Shown one piece after another: positions 9,206 through 16,730 of a stretch of DNA of 32,000 bases (positions are counted from its first letter, which is position 1; each line of letters begins with the position of its first letter). The stretch is from assembly GCF_000723185.1 (NCBI RefSeq), contig NZ_CBTY010000011.1:7403-39402 (forward strand), given 5' to 3'. Source of the DNA: Candidatus Nitrosotenuis uzonensis (GTDB taxonomy: Archaea; Thermoproteota; Nitrososphaeria; Nitrososphaerales; Nitrosopumilaceae). The notes beneath the pieces are model-generated. The model made no database searches, was not told the origin of the DNA, and saw only the letters and a program-made list of their open reading frames with translations. The position numbers and the translations under genes were made by a program.

Positions 9206-9976
9206 ATGAGCATATCCGATAACACCCGCAAGTCCCTTGAGAGAATCGGCCTTACCAGCTATGAGATAAGGACGTACTCGTCGCTTCTGAAAGCAGGCGA
9301 GCTTACAGCATCTGATCTAAGCCAGAAATCAGGCGTGCCATATTCCAAGATATATGAGGTATTGGGCTCCCTTGAGGAGAAGGGTTGGATAGGCTCGGAC
9401 GACTCAAGGCCCACAAAATATTTTGCAAAATCCCCTGCTACCGCGCTTGAGGCAACAAAGCAAAAGGCCGCAGCCGACTTTAAGGAAAACGAGAATGTCA
9501 TACTACGAGAGCTGGTTCCACTCTACGAGAAGAGCGGCGTTAGTGAAAGGCCGGACATCTGGGTATTATCAGGAATAATGAACATTGCCTCCAAGATTCT
9601 TGAGATGGTCGAGAACTGCAGAAACGAGGTTTTAATAGCAATACCAAAAGCAAATGAGACCATAGTAAAGCAGGCCTTACCCAAGCTGAGGCAGCTGCAC
9701 GATAAGGGCGTTACAATCACCATACTAATGTCAGACCAGATGGACAAAGACTCACTCAAGGCAATATCACGCGTGGCAAGCGTGAAGGTAAAAAAAGGCC
9801 TCTTTGGAGGCGGCATAATATCAGACAAGCGATATGTGGTCATATTGCTAGGCCCGATAAGCTCAGAGTCTTCTGAGGCAGAGTCAGTTGCCATTTGGGC
9901 CGACCATGCAGGACTTGCCGGCTTTGCAAAGGAATACTTTGAATATTTGTTAAAGGATGCAAAGGGTGTCGAATAA
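9206..9976 (+). CDS. TrmB-family transcriptional regulator
   Basis: 256 aa with N-terminal winged-helix LERIGLTSYEIRTYSSLLKAGELTASDLSQKSGVPYSKIYEVLGSLEEKGWI, typical of TrmB, plus a C-terminal effector-type domain. Confidence 0.85.
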   Translation: MSISDNTRKSLERIGLTSYEIRTYSSLLKAGELTASDLSQKSGVPYSKIYEVLGSLEEKGWIGSDDSRPTKYFAKSPATALEATKQKAAADFKENENVILRELVPLYEKSGVSERPDIWVLSGIMNIASKILEMVENCRNEVLIAIPKANETIVKQALPKLRQLHDKGVTITILMSDQMDKDSLKAISRVASVKVKKGLFGGGIISDKRYVVILLGPISSESSEAESVAIWADHAGLAGFAKEYFEYLLKDAKGVE

Positions 9977-10422
9977 TGGATAATTTTGGGGACGAGGTGT
10001 TATTTGTCGGGACTGCGGAAGCAGAGCACGTGGAGATGTACCTAAAGGCAATCTGGCACATCAAGGAAAAGAACGAGCCCGTAAAGATAAGCACAATTGC
10101 AAAAATGCTCAATGTAAGGCAGCCAAGCGTTGTTCAGATGCTAAAAAAGCTCAACGAGCAAAATTTGGTAAACTATTCCAAGGCCGGAGTATCCCTTACT
10201 GAGGCAGGAGAGAAGGTCGGCGCAAGCATGATGCGAAACAGCAGACTGCTTGAAGTTCTTATGGATTCTGCGCTAAAGGTGGAAATAGACGAAGAGATGG
10301 TCTGCGGAATCGAACACCACATGAATAGACAGTTTACCGATGCACTGTGTACAATGCTGCAGCATCCAAGAAAGTGCCCACACGGACATGCAATTCCGCG
10401 CGGCACGTGCTGCACCAATTAA
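9976..10422 (+). CDS. DtxR/MntR-family metal-dependent transcriptional repressor (short form, no SH3-like domain)
   Basis: 148 aa with VEMYLKAIWHIKEK..ISTIAKMLNVRQPSVVQMLKKLNEQNLV (HTH), LTEAGEKVGASMMRNSRLLEVLM (dimerisation helix) and a C-terminal CPHGHAIP. The ATG overlaps the trmB stop (TAATG at 9974-9978). Confidence 0.85.
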   Translation: MDNFGDEVLFVGTAEAEHVEMYLKAIWHIKEKNEPVKISTIAKMLNVRQPSVVQMLKKLNEQNLVNYSKAGVSLTEAGEKVGASMMRNSRLLEVLMDSALKVEIDEEMVCGIEHHMNRQFTDALCTMLQHPRKCPHGHAIPRGTCCTN

Positions 10423-10523
10423 AGTTGTTCATACAACAACAAATAACATATCCGTCAGAATCCACATTGTTTCAAATTGCAATATTTACGGACAGGAATC
10501 TTGTAATGTTTATTAGTAATGCA

Positions 10524-10545
10524 TTCCTTACTATTAGGTAAGGAA
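10524..10545. promoter_or_regulatory. Perfect inverted repeat (8-bp arms, 6-bp spacer) abutting the antitoxin start codon
   Basis: ttccttac (10524-10531), tattag, gtaaggaa (10538-10545), then ATG at 10546. The repeat is seen directly. An operator role is inferred. Confidence 0.4.
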
Positions 10546-10782
10546 ATGTCAGAGATTAGTGTAGGTTCCATTACTACCAAGGGCCAAATAACGATTCCAA
10601 AGGAGATCAGGGAAAGATTGGAGTTAAAGGAAGGCGATAAGATAATTTTCATTATTGAGGCTGGACGGGCAACGATAAAAAAAGCACCAGTCGAAAAGCT
10701 TTCCCAGATATTACGCAGACATAAACCGTGGAAGACGCAGAGTGTGAAATTCCAAAAAAGAATACGTAGAGAATGGCAATAA
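10546..10782 (+). CDS. AbrB/SpoVT-fold antitoxin (VapB-type)
   Basis: The track ORF 10519..10782 is trimmed to ATG 10546. MSEISVGSITTKGQITIPKEIRERLELKEGDKIIF is a classic SpoVT/AbrB swapped-hairpin motif. It overlaps the downstream PIN gene by 10 nt. Confidence 0.75.
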   Translation: MSEISVGSITTKGQITIPKEIRERLELKEGDKIIFIIEAGRATIKKAPVEKLSQILRRHKPWKTQSVKFQKRIRREWQ

Positions 10783-11225
10783 CATTACTTATCGACACAA
10801 ACATCATACTGAACGCTAAAAATAGTAGCGAGTTACATTCAGCATATTCTTCACAATTGTTGGATATGATTGAAGACGGTTTGATGCATGGGATAATATC
10901 TACTGTTTCGATCGCAGAATTATGTACAGGGTATTATTCTCAAGGAGACGTGAAGGGCAAAGAAGAGTTTTTAGCTCATTTAATTTCTAATAAAAACTTT
11001 GAAATAATAGATCTCAGCACAAAGATAGCTGATACAGCAGCAAAGATACGTTCTGAGACTGGCCTTAGATTACCGGATGCCATAATAATTGCTACAGGAT
11101 TAACGAGGGATACACAGTATTTTGTAACAAATGATAAGGCATTAGATAAAGCAAGCCGCTATCTGCAAGTCATATCGGCAAAAGATCTACTGGACAAAAT
11201 AAACCGCAGAAAACAGAAGAGATAG
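10773..11225 (+). CDS. vapC: VapC PIN-domain ribonuclease toxin
   Basis: 150 aa with PIN residues LIDTNIIL, SIAELC, LPDAIIIAT, VTNDKAL. Confidence 0.8.
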   Translation: MAITLLIDTNIILNAKNSSELHSAYSSQLLDMIEDGLMHGIISTVSIAELCTGYYSQGDVKGKEEFLAHLISNKNFEIIDLSTKIADTAAKIRSETGLRLPDAIIIATGLTRDTQYFVTNDKALDKASRYLQVISAKDLLDKINRRKQKR

Positions 11226-11329
11226 TCGGATTTAGAAGCACGTCATGCTAGATGTGAATTCGTTGTCAATCTATGAGATTATTTGTATTTTATCCCTAAG
11301 ATTATATCGCAGTATTCGCCATCTATATC

Positions 11330-11494
11330 ATGGCATGTTTTTGCGGATGCACCACATACGTCAAGGATCCTAACGGTTTCAAGGTAGGATGCATCAAGTG
11401 CAACCACGGCCCGCAAAATCACGACGAGGAATTCAGGGAAGCCTCAAGAAAGAACGAGGGCCTCTCGCAAAAGCGCGATGTCGATTTCGGCTAA
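11330..11494 (+). CDS. Candidate Cys-rich miniprotein (54 aa), not in the ORF track
   Basis: My translation is MACFCGCTTYVKDPNGFKVGCIKCNHGPQNHDEEFREASRKNEGLSQKRDVDFG. It has an ATG start, a TAA stop at 11492-11494 abutting the convergent yjbQ stop, and the A/T box gattatatc upstream. The CxCxC..CxxCxH spacing suggests metal binding. Confidence 0.4.
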   Translation: MACFCGCTTYVKDPNGFKVGCIKCNHGPQNHDEEFREASRKNEGLSQKRDVDFG

Positions 11495-11914
11495 TCATTC
11501 CCCGATTACTTTGACAAGAACTCTTTTTGGCCTCATGCCGTCAAACTCGCCGTAAAAGATCTGCTCCCAAGGACCAAAGTCAAGCTCACCATCAGTTATT
11601 GCAACTACAACCTCGCGTCCCATTATCTGCCTCTTTAGGTGCGCATCCGCGTTGTCCTCGCCGGTGTTATTATGCTCGTACTGGTCTATGGGCTCGTGCG
11701 GCGCCAGCTTCTCAAGCCACCTTGCATAGTCTTTGTGCAGACCCAACTCGTTGTCGTTGATAAAGACACTTGCCGAGATGTGCATCGCGTTTACAAGACA
11801 CAGTCCTTCCTTTATTCCGCTTTTTTTGACAACCTGCCTTACCTGCAGCGTCAGGTTCACAAATGCTACTCGCGTCTTTGTGTTAAATGTCAGGTATTCT
11901 GTTATGGACTTCAT
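11495..11914 (-). CDS. YjbQ/UPF0047 family protein (secondary thiamine-phosphate synthase-like)
   Basis: Start trimmed to ATG 11914 ([22 protein letters not shown]), giving about 139 aa, which is typical for the family. [35 protein letters not shown] matches the UPF0047 pattern. The A/T box tgtttatttta lies about 27 nt upstream. Confidence 0.8.
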   Translation of the reverse strand: MKSITEYLTFNTKTRVAFVNLTLQVRQVVKKSGIKEGLCLVNAMHISASVFINDNELGLHKDYARWLEKLAPHEPIDQYEHNNTGEDNADAHLKRQIMGREVVVAITDGELDFGPWEQIFYGEFDGMRPKRVLVKVIGE

Positions 11915-12137
11915 GATTTTGAAAATCCATGTTTGTAAAATAAACATTGAGCATCAGATGCAAAATCCAGTCCAATCTATAGGTAGGCTCAGAACTCAAG
12001 ATCTATCTCATCATATCAAAGGGATAGTGTCATCAACGCCTATTCTCCAATTGATATTAAGGGATTTTTAACATTACCAGCTGTACGTTTGAAAACTCCC
12101 CTAAGCTTGATAAAAGGTAGAACCATATCAGAAGGAA

Positions 12138-12545
12138 ATGGTTGCAATAGACGTTCCAGCCTCACTTGAAAGCTTTAGGCGATTTATAATTGCCAGTACG
12201 TGTAGCTCTTACATACCGCGCAGCTATATCGACGATGCAGAGGTCTTTCCAGAGCGCGAAGAGTCGCTTGGCTCAATATATGTAGAGGCAGCTGACAAGG
12301 TAACGCTAAAAAAAATCAGAGATATTACTTTTGTCAACGCAAGGGACGTTCTTGGAATAATTTACAACTCAAAGAGCGGCAACACCACCCTAAAGTGGAG
12401 ACAGCTGCGAAGGCGTGGCGGCAAGGTCACAGGAGAGGCATCACCAAACTCGCTTGTAAATCTGGCAGAGGGCGGCGTCATCACTCCAGAATGGGTTGAC
12501 AGCTATCTGAAAAAGAAGAGCCTTGAGAATGCCAATTCTGCATAA
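12138..12545 (+). CDS. Hypothetical protein (135 aa)
   Basis: Clean ORF with an ATG start and the A/T box gataaaagg about 25 nt upstream. I recognise no motif. It ends 25 nt before pelota. Confidence 0.6.
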   Translation: MVAIDVPASLESFRRFIIASTCSSYIPRSYIDDAEVFPEREESLGSIYVEAADKVTLKKIRDITFVNARDVLGIIYNSKSGNTTLKWRQLRRRGGKVTGEASPNSLVNLAEGGVITPEWVDSYLKKKSLENANSA

Positions 12546-12548
12546 ATA

Positions 12549-12564
12549 TCAGAATGCATTCTGA
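12549..12564. promoter_or_regulatory. Perfect 16-bp palindrome tcagaatgcattctga followed by tttt, between the hypothetical gene and pelota
   Basis: Read directly: 12549-12564 is its own reverse complement. The T-run at 12565-12568 and the pelota ATG at 12571 follow. Its function (terminator hairpin or operator) is unknown. Confidence 0.5.
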
Positions 12565-12570
12565 TTTTCG

Positions 12571-13623
12571 ATGATCATAAAGAACGTAGACGAGTTTACA
12601 ATTTCATTTTTGATAGAGGAAACTGACGATCTTCTCACCTTACGTCGAGTCATAAAAAATGGCGACAGAGTTACTGCAGATACCACCAGAGTGATAAAGC
12701 AGGAAAAAGATTTTGCGCGACCGGATAGGGGCGAGCGCATCAAGATAAGAATCGCATTAGAGGTGGAAAAGATAGCACTTGACTCTGTCTTTGATCGGCT
12801 GCGCATTGCAGGCATCATAGTTGAGTCATCAAGCGAAGAGGTCTCAAAAGGAGTACACCATTCCCTTTTGTTAAAGATAGGAGACTCGCTAAATGTTACA
12901 AAGAAAAAATGGCTCCCACTTGATATGAGACTGATAAAAAAAAGAGACGAGGGTGCAGGATTTGTCCTTGTGGCAATCGACAAGGGAGACTGCGGCATAG
13001 GCAAGCTAAAGGGCACTCATCTGCAGATTATTCAGAATCTGTATTCTGGCTCCAGCGGCAAACGCTACAAGTCAAGCTTTAACATAGAACCGTTCTTTGA
13101 TGTCGTGCTTGGCGCCCTGCAGACAGTTCTAAAAGAAAATGACGCCATCATAGTTTTCGGTCCAGGCGAGACAAAAAAACAATTTGTCAATCACATCCAA
13201 AAGAGCCCACTTGCCAAAAAGCATAGAATTGAAACTGTAGAGGGAATCGACTCGGGTGGCGAGGACGGAATCTACACTTTCATCAAATCCAAGTCCATGC
13301 AACAAATTCTTGGCCAGACCAAGCTTGGAAAAGTCGCTGCCATACTTGAGGACATAATGATAAAGGCTCACCACAAAAGCAAAAAGTTCACCATGGGCTT
13401 TGAGGAGACAAAAAAGGCAAACCAGTTTGGTGCAATAGAATCACTTGTATTTTCCGAGAAGATAATCCAAACTCATGACGAATCCCAGATAATTGAGTTT
13501 CTCAACGAGGTGGAGTCAAAGGGCGTCACTGTATATGCGCTAGATTCCACCACGGATATAGGAATGCAGGTATCAGGCCTTGGCGGCATGGTCTCGCTTT
13601 TGAGGTTCCCGGTTGAATCCTAA
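12571..13623 (+). CDS. pelA: Pelota (Dom34) mRNA surveillance / ribosome rescue factor
   Basis: 350 aa with N-terminus EETDDLLTLRRVIKNGDRVTADTTRVIK and an eRF1-like central and C-terminal region (IIVFGPGETKKQF..GIDSGGEDGI..GAIESLVFSEK). Confidence 0.9.
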   Translation: MIIKNVDEFTISFLIEETDDLLTLRRVIKNGDRVTADTTRVIKQEKDFARPDRGERIKIRIALEVEKIALDSVFDRLRIAGIIVESSSEEVSKGVHHSLLLKIGDSLNVTKKKWLPLDMRLIKKRDEGAGFVLVAIDKGDCGIGKLKGTHLQIIQNLYSGSSGKRYKSSFNIEPFFDVVLGALQTVLKENDAIIVFGPGETKKQFVNHIQKSPLAKKHRIETVEGIDSGGEDGIYTFIKSKSMQQILGQTKLGKVAAILEDIMIKAHHKSKKFTMGFEETKKANQFGAIESLVFSEKIIQTHDESQIIEFLNEVESKGVTVYALDSTTDIGMQVSGLGGMVSLLRFPVES

Positions 13624-13934
13624 AGTGTAGAGCTCCCAAGCCAAGCAAGATATGGCTTGTTAATATCTATCACATTAATTTCGGCAATCTCGGGTACCTT
13701 GTAGGGATGCGTGTTTTTTATCTCCTTTTTCAACCTTGCCTTGTTTTTTTGACTAGTCTTGAATATTGCTAGAAACTCATCGGTGTTCTCTATCTTTCCT
13801 TGCCATGAATAGATTGATGAGATCTTTGTCACATTAACACAAGCTGCAATCTTTTCCTTTACCATTTTGTTTGCCACCCTGGTGACTGATTTTTTGTCAG
13901 GGTATGTCGAGATGATGACAGCAGGTTTCATCAT
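13620..13934 (-). CDS. cutA: CutA divalent-cation tolerance protein
   Basis: 104 aa. KEKIAACVNVTKISSIYSWQGKIENTDEFLAIFKT..HPYKVPEI is the CutA1 signature. Confidence 0.85.
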   Translation of the reverse strand: MMKPAVIISTYPDKKSVTRVANKMVKEKIAACVNVTKISSIYSWQGKIENTDEFLAIFKTSQKNKARLKKEIKNTHPYKVPEIAEINVIDINKPYLAWLGSSTL

Positions 13935-14007
13935 ACTTGTAAAAATATGCCTGTGTTTGTTCTTTTTGGTGTTTTAATTTTAAATGCTGTACATGCATTA
14001 TATAACA

Positions 14008-14163
14008 ATGGGTACAACAACGATTTCGCTAAGTGATGAGGCATACAAAATCCTCAAAGCGCAGAAAATGGAAGGAGAGTCGTTTTCCGATTTGATACTG
14101 CGCAAATTCGGCAAAGGTGATTTGTTCCCACACTCTGATCAATTCCTCGCTTCATTTTTATAA
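14008..14163 (+). CDS. Orphan VapB-like antitoxin homologue (51 aa), not in the ORF track
   Basis: My translation is MGTTTISLSDEAYKILKAQKMEGESFSDLILRKFGKGDLFPHSDQFLASFL. Its N-terminal 33 aa parallel the VapB at 6804 (TRSLTIKEEAYQALKTKKKKGESFTDVILRL). No PIN gene is adjacent. Confidence 0.55.
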   Translation: MGTTTISLSDEAYKILKAQKMEGESFSDLILRKFGKGDLFPHSDQFLASFL

Positions 14164-14191
14164 ATGACCATAAATACGAAACATAATTAAT

Positions 14192-15394
14192 TTGGATTTA
14201 GATTTTCTGGCACAGAATTCTATAATTTACGTGCTGATTGCATGGGTAGTAATACTGGGTGTAGCAAAGGCACTCAAGCTGGAAAAGCACGGATTTGACA
14301 TAAAGCCGTACAGCCTCACATACAAGAATGCTCAGGTGCAAACTGCACTCACAAAGATGCTTGGCCGCACAAGGCGCGGCATCCGAGTCTTTGCCGATGT
14401 GAGCGTGGTTGCTGGATTTATCATGATGGGGTTTGCGTTCTGGTTCCTAATTGATAACATTGCAAAATTCTTTGACAGGCCTGCCGAGTTCTCGGAGCTT
14501 ACCGTGCTGATTCCTGGCGTTACGCTGACATCGGCATCATCTATTTTGTATTTTCTGTTATCGATTCCAATAGTGCTTGTAATACACGAGGGGGCTCACG
14601 GAATAGTTGCAACGCTTGAAAAAATAAGAATCAAGACAGGTGGATTTGCCATCTTTATTGCAATGTTTGCTGGTTTTGTGGAACCAGACGATGAAGAATT
14701 CAACAAGGCAAAAAAAATATCAAAGCTCCGAGTGATTGGCGCAGGTGCCACATCAAATGTCATATTTGCGCTAGCTCTTGGTGCCTTACTGCTTACAAAC
14801 CCGTTCTTTGCCATCATAGTACCTGATCCGATAAGAGGTGCATTCTACGAGATACCACAAGGAGTTACCGTCCTTTCCATAATGCCAGACAGCGGGGCGG
14901 AAAAGGCAGGACTTGCTGCAAACGATATCATCACGTCAATTAACGGCGTGCCCATAGTAACCCCGTTTGATTTTACAAAGGTAAAGCTTGCCCCTGGCGA
15001 TATTGCATCTGTGACTGCACTGAGGGATGGAACCTCAATGAACTTCCAGATAGAAGTGATGCCCTCACCTGATGATCCAACCAAGGGTTTAATTGGAATA
15101 ATCAGAGACAACTCACTTTCATACAAGCCGATTTACAATTTTATCGAGTGGAACAGTCCTGAGCTTTCCATGTTCTTGTTATGGTTATGGATGATCTCAT
15201 TTTTTATTGGAATTATCAACATGCTCCCGCTACCCATACTGGACGGGGGCAAATTCATCCACAGTATAATTGACAAAAAGCTCTCAGATGCCACTGTAAA
15301 CAAGACCATGTGGGCAATCTACGCGTTTACCTTCCTTTTGTTTGGCCTCAATATTGCATTATCATATATGAAATCAGGCTGGTTCACAATCTAA
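14192..15394 (+). CDS. Site-2 protease family (M50) membrane metalloprotease with PDZ domain
   Basis: 400 aa with an HExxH motif (VIHEGAHGIV), a PDZ-like segment (GAEKAGLAANDIITSINGVPI), the NMLPLPILDGG motif and several hydrophobic helices. TTG start about 26 nt after the A/T box ccataaatac. The start position is uncertain. Confidence 0.85.
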   Translation: MDLDFLAQNSIIYVLIAWVVILGVAKALKLEKHGFDIKPYSLTYKNAQVQTALTKMLGRTRRGIRVFADVSVVAGFIMMGFAFWFLIDNIAKFFDRPAEFSELTVLIPGVTLTSASSILYFLLSIPIVLVIHEGAHGIVATLEKIRIKTGGFAIFIAMFAGFVEPDDEEFNKAKKISKLRVIGAGATSNVIFALALGALLLTNPFFAIIVPDPIRGAFYEIPQGVTVLSIMPDSGAEKAGLAANDIITSINGVPIVTPFDFTKVKLAPGDIASVTALRDGTSMNFQIEVMPSPDDPTKGLIGIIRDNSLSYKPIYNFIEWNSPELSMFLLWLWMISFFIGIINMLPLPILDGGKFIHSIIDKKLSDATVNKTMWAIYAFTFLLFGLNIALSYMKSGWFTI

Positions 15395-15430
15395 CATAGA
15401 TAATAAATTTGGGGCCGTAAGACCAAAGCC

Positions 15431-16336
15431 GTGAAATGCAACAGATGCGATAACACTGCAGCATATTCCAGAAAATATTCTGGCGAGAGCCTGTGCTCTG
15501 AGTGCTTTTCAAATTCCATCCTAAGAAAGACTGCCAAGACCATCTCAAAGTACAATATGATAGGAAACGGTGAGCTTGTCTGCGTTGCAGTATCCGGAGG
15601 CAAAGACTCGCTTGCATTATTACATGTATTATCCAGAATGTCAGAGAATCACAACTTTGCAATTCATGCAATCACAGTAGATGAGGGAATACCCGGATAC
15701 AGGGAGGAAGCGCTGGAAATAGTAAAAAAGTTCTGCTCAGATCTTGGAGTCAGCCACAGCGTATATGAATACAAGAAACTTTTCGATCTTACTCTTGAAG
15801 AATCGCTCAAGTCAAGGGAAAATGAGAAAACATCATCGTGTTCCATTTGTGGTACACTGCGAAGGAGGGCAATGGATCATGCGGCAAAACAGATAGGTGC
15901 CAATGTGATTGCGACAGGCCACAACCTTGATGATACGCTCCAGACATTTATCATAAACACCATCTCAGGAGACACAAACAAGATAGGATGGATGGATCCT
16001 GATACTTCTGCAAATTCCTTGCGCAAGATAAAGCCGTTCTGCGAGATTTACGAATCCGAGATAGTCTTTTACGCATTTACAAACAATTTACCGTTCCAGT
16101 CAGAACCATGCCCGCATATGAATGAGGGGATAAGAACTGAAATCCGCGAGTTCCTAAACAAATTGGAGAGCAGCCATAGTGGAATAAAAAATAGCATGTA
16201 CAATTCCGTGGTAAAGCTGTCCCAGATAGTAAGAGAGTCAAACTATAAGGAAAGAACAAAGTGTATCAAATGTGGCACCGAATGTACCGGAACTATATGC
16301 TCCGTGTGCAAGATGTTAATCGATCTGAAAGACTAG
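15431..16336 (+). CDS. PP-loop ATPase, tRNA 2-thiolation protein (TtuA / NcsA / Ncs6-Ctu1 family)
   Basis: 301 aa with an SGGKDS PP-loop, GHNLDD, and N- and C-terminal CxxC..CxxC zinc fingers (CNRC..CSEC; CIKC..CSVC). GTG start. Confidence 0.8.
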   Translation: MKCNRCDNTAAYSRKYSGESLCSECFSNSILRKTAKTISKYNMIGNGELVCVAVSGGKDSLALLHVLSRMSENHNFAIHAITVDEGIPGYREEALEIVKKFCSDLGVSHSVYEYKKLFDLTLEESLKSRENEKTSSCSICGTLRRRAMDHAAKQIGANVIATGHNLDDTLQTFIINTISGDTNKIGWMDPDTSANSLRKIKPFCEIYESEIVFYAFTNNLPFQSEPCPHMNEGIRTEIREFLNKLESSHSGIKNSMYNSVVKLSQIVRESNYKERTKCIKCGTECTGTICSVCKMLIDLKD

Positions 16337-16372
16337 GCCGAAGACTTTACAAAACCTTGTCCCGTATTATCA

Positions 16373-16696
16373 TCTGGTAGCAGGTAGGATCGGGGCGCTA
16401 GCCGTGCCCCATTCTGAAACCGGCTCTATGCAGAGGTCAGTAACTGCTGGATAAATCTCTAGGTGGATAATTCCCGCTTGATGCGCTGAAATGAAATCAC
16501 GCCGAAGCGGGTGGATGCAGGCCTGAGATTGTCCGAAGGGACAACGCCCAAGGTCGAATTGCCGAAATGGATGAGGTCCGGGAGGGAGCAATCCTAAGGC
16601 AAAGTACCCACGCTTCTTCGTCAACGTGGCGGATCTTGCGTGTCTTGAGATGGGGTTACCTATCTAGACTGGAACCAGCAGGGCTGCTACCACTCT
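16373..16696 (+). ncRNA. Signal recognition particle 7S RNA (archaeal SRP RNA)
   Basis: A terminal helix forms between tggtagcag (16375-16383) and ctgctacca (16684-16692). The helix-8 core aggtccgggagggagcaatcctaaggca (about 16574-16601) closely matches the universal SRP motif (E. coli 4.5S AGGUCCGGAAGGAAGCAGCCAAGGCA), with a GNRA-type loop and AGCA. The length of about 320 nt fits. A TATA-like ctttacaaaa lies about 25 nt upstream and a T-run (tatatttt) follows. The ends are approximate. Confidence 0.8.
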
Positions 16697-16730
16697 ATAT
16701 TTTCAAGAATATATTAGTCAATTTGGAATC

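Noticed and set aside
10524-10545. Resemblance of ttaggtaag within the inverted repeat to a DtxR/IdeR half-site (TTAGGTTAG), about 100 nt downstream of the dtxR-like gene.
   Set aside because: Only one half-site matches, and the symmetry axis of the actual repeat differs from that of a 19-bp DtxR box. A TA autoregulatory operator is the simpler reading.
11954-12014. C/D-box sRNA-like arrangement on the minus strand: AUGAUGA (12008-12014), CUGA after 15 nt (11989-11992) and a second CUGA (11954-11957).
   Set aside because: No recognisable C' box lies at the expected position (attggac). The C-to-D' spacer is 15 nt rather than about 12, and the terminal stem is weak. This is insufficient to call, though it could be revisited with snoscan or RNA-seq.
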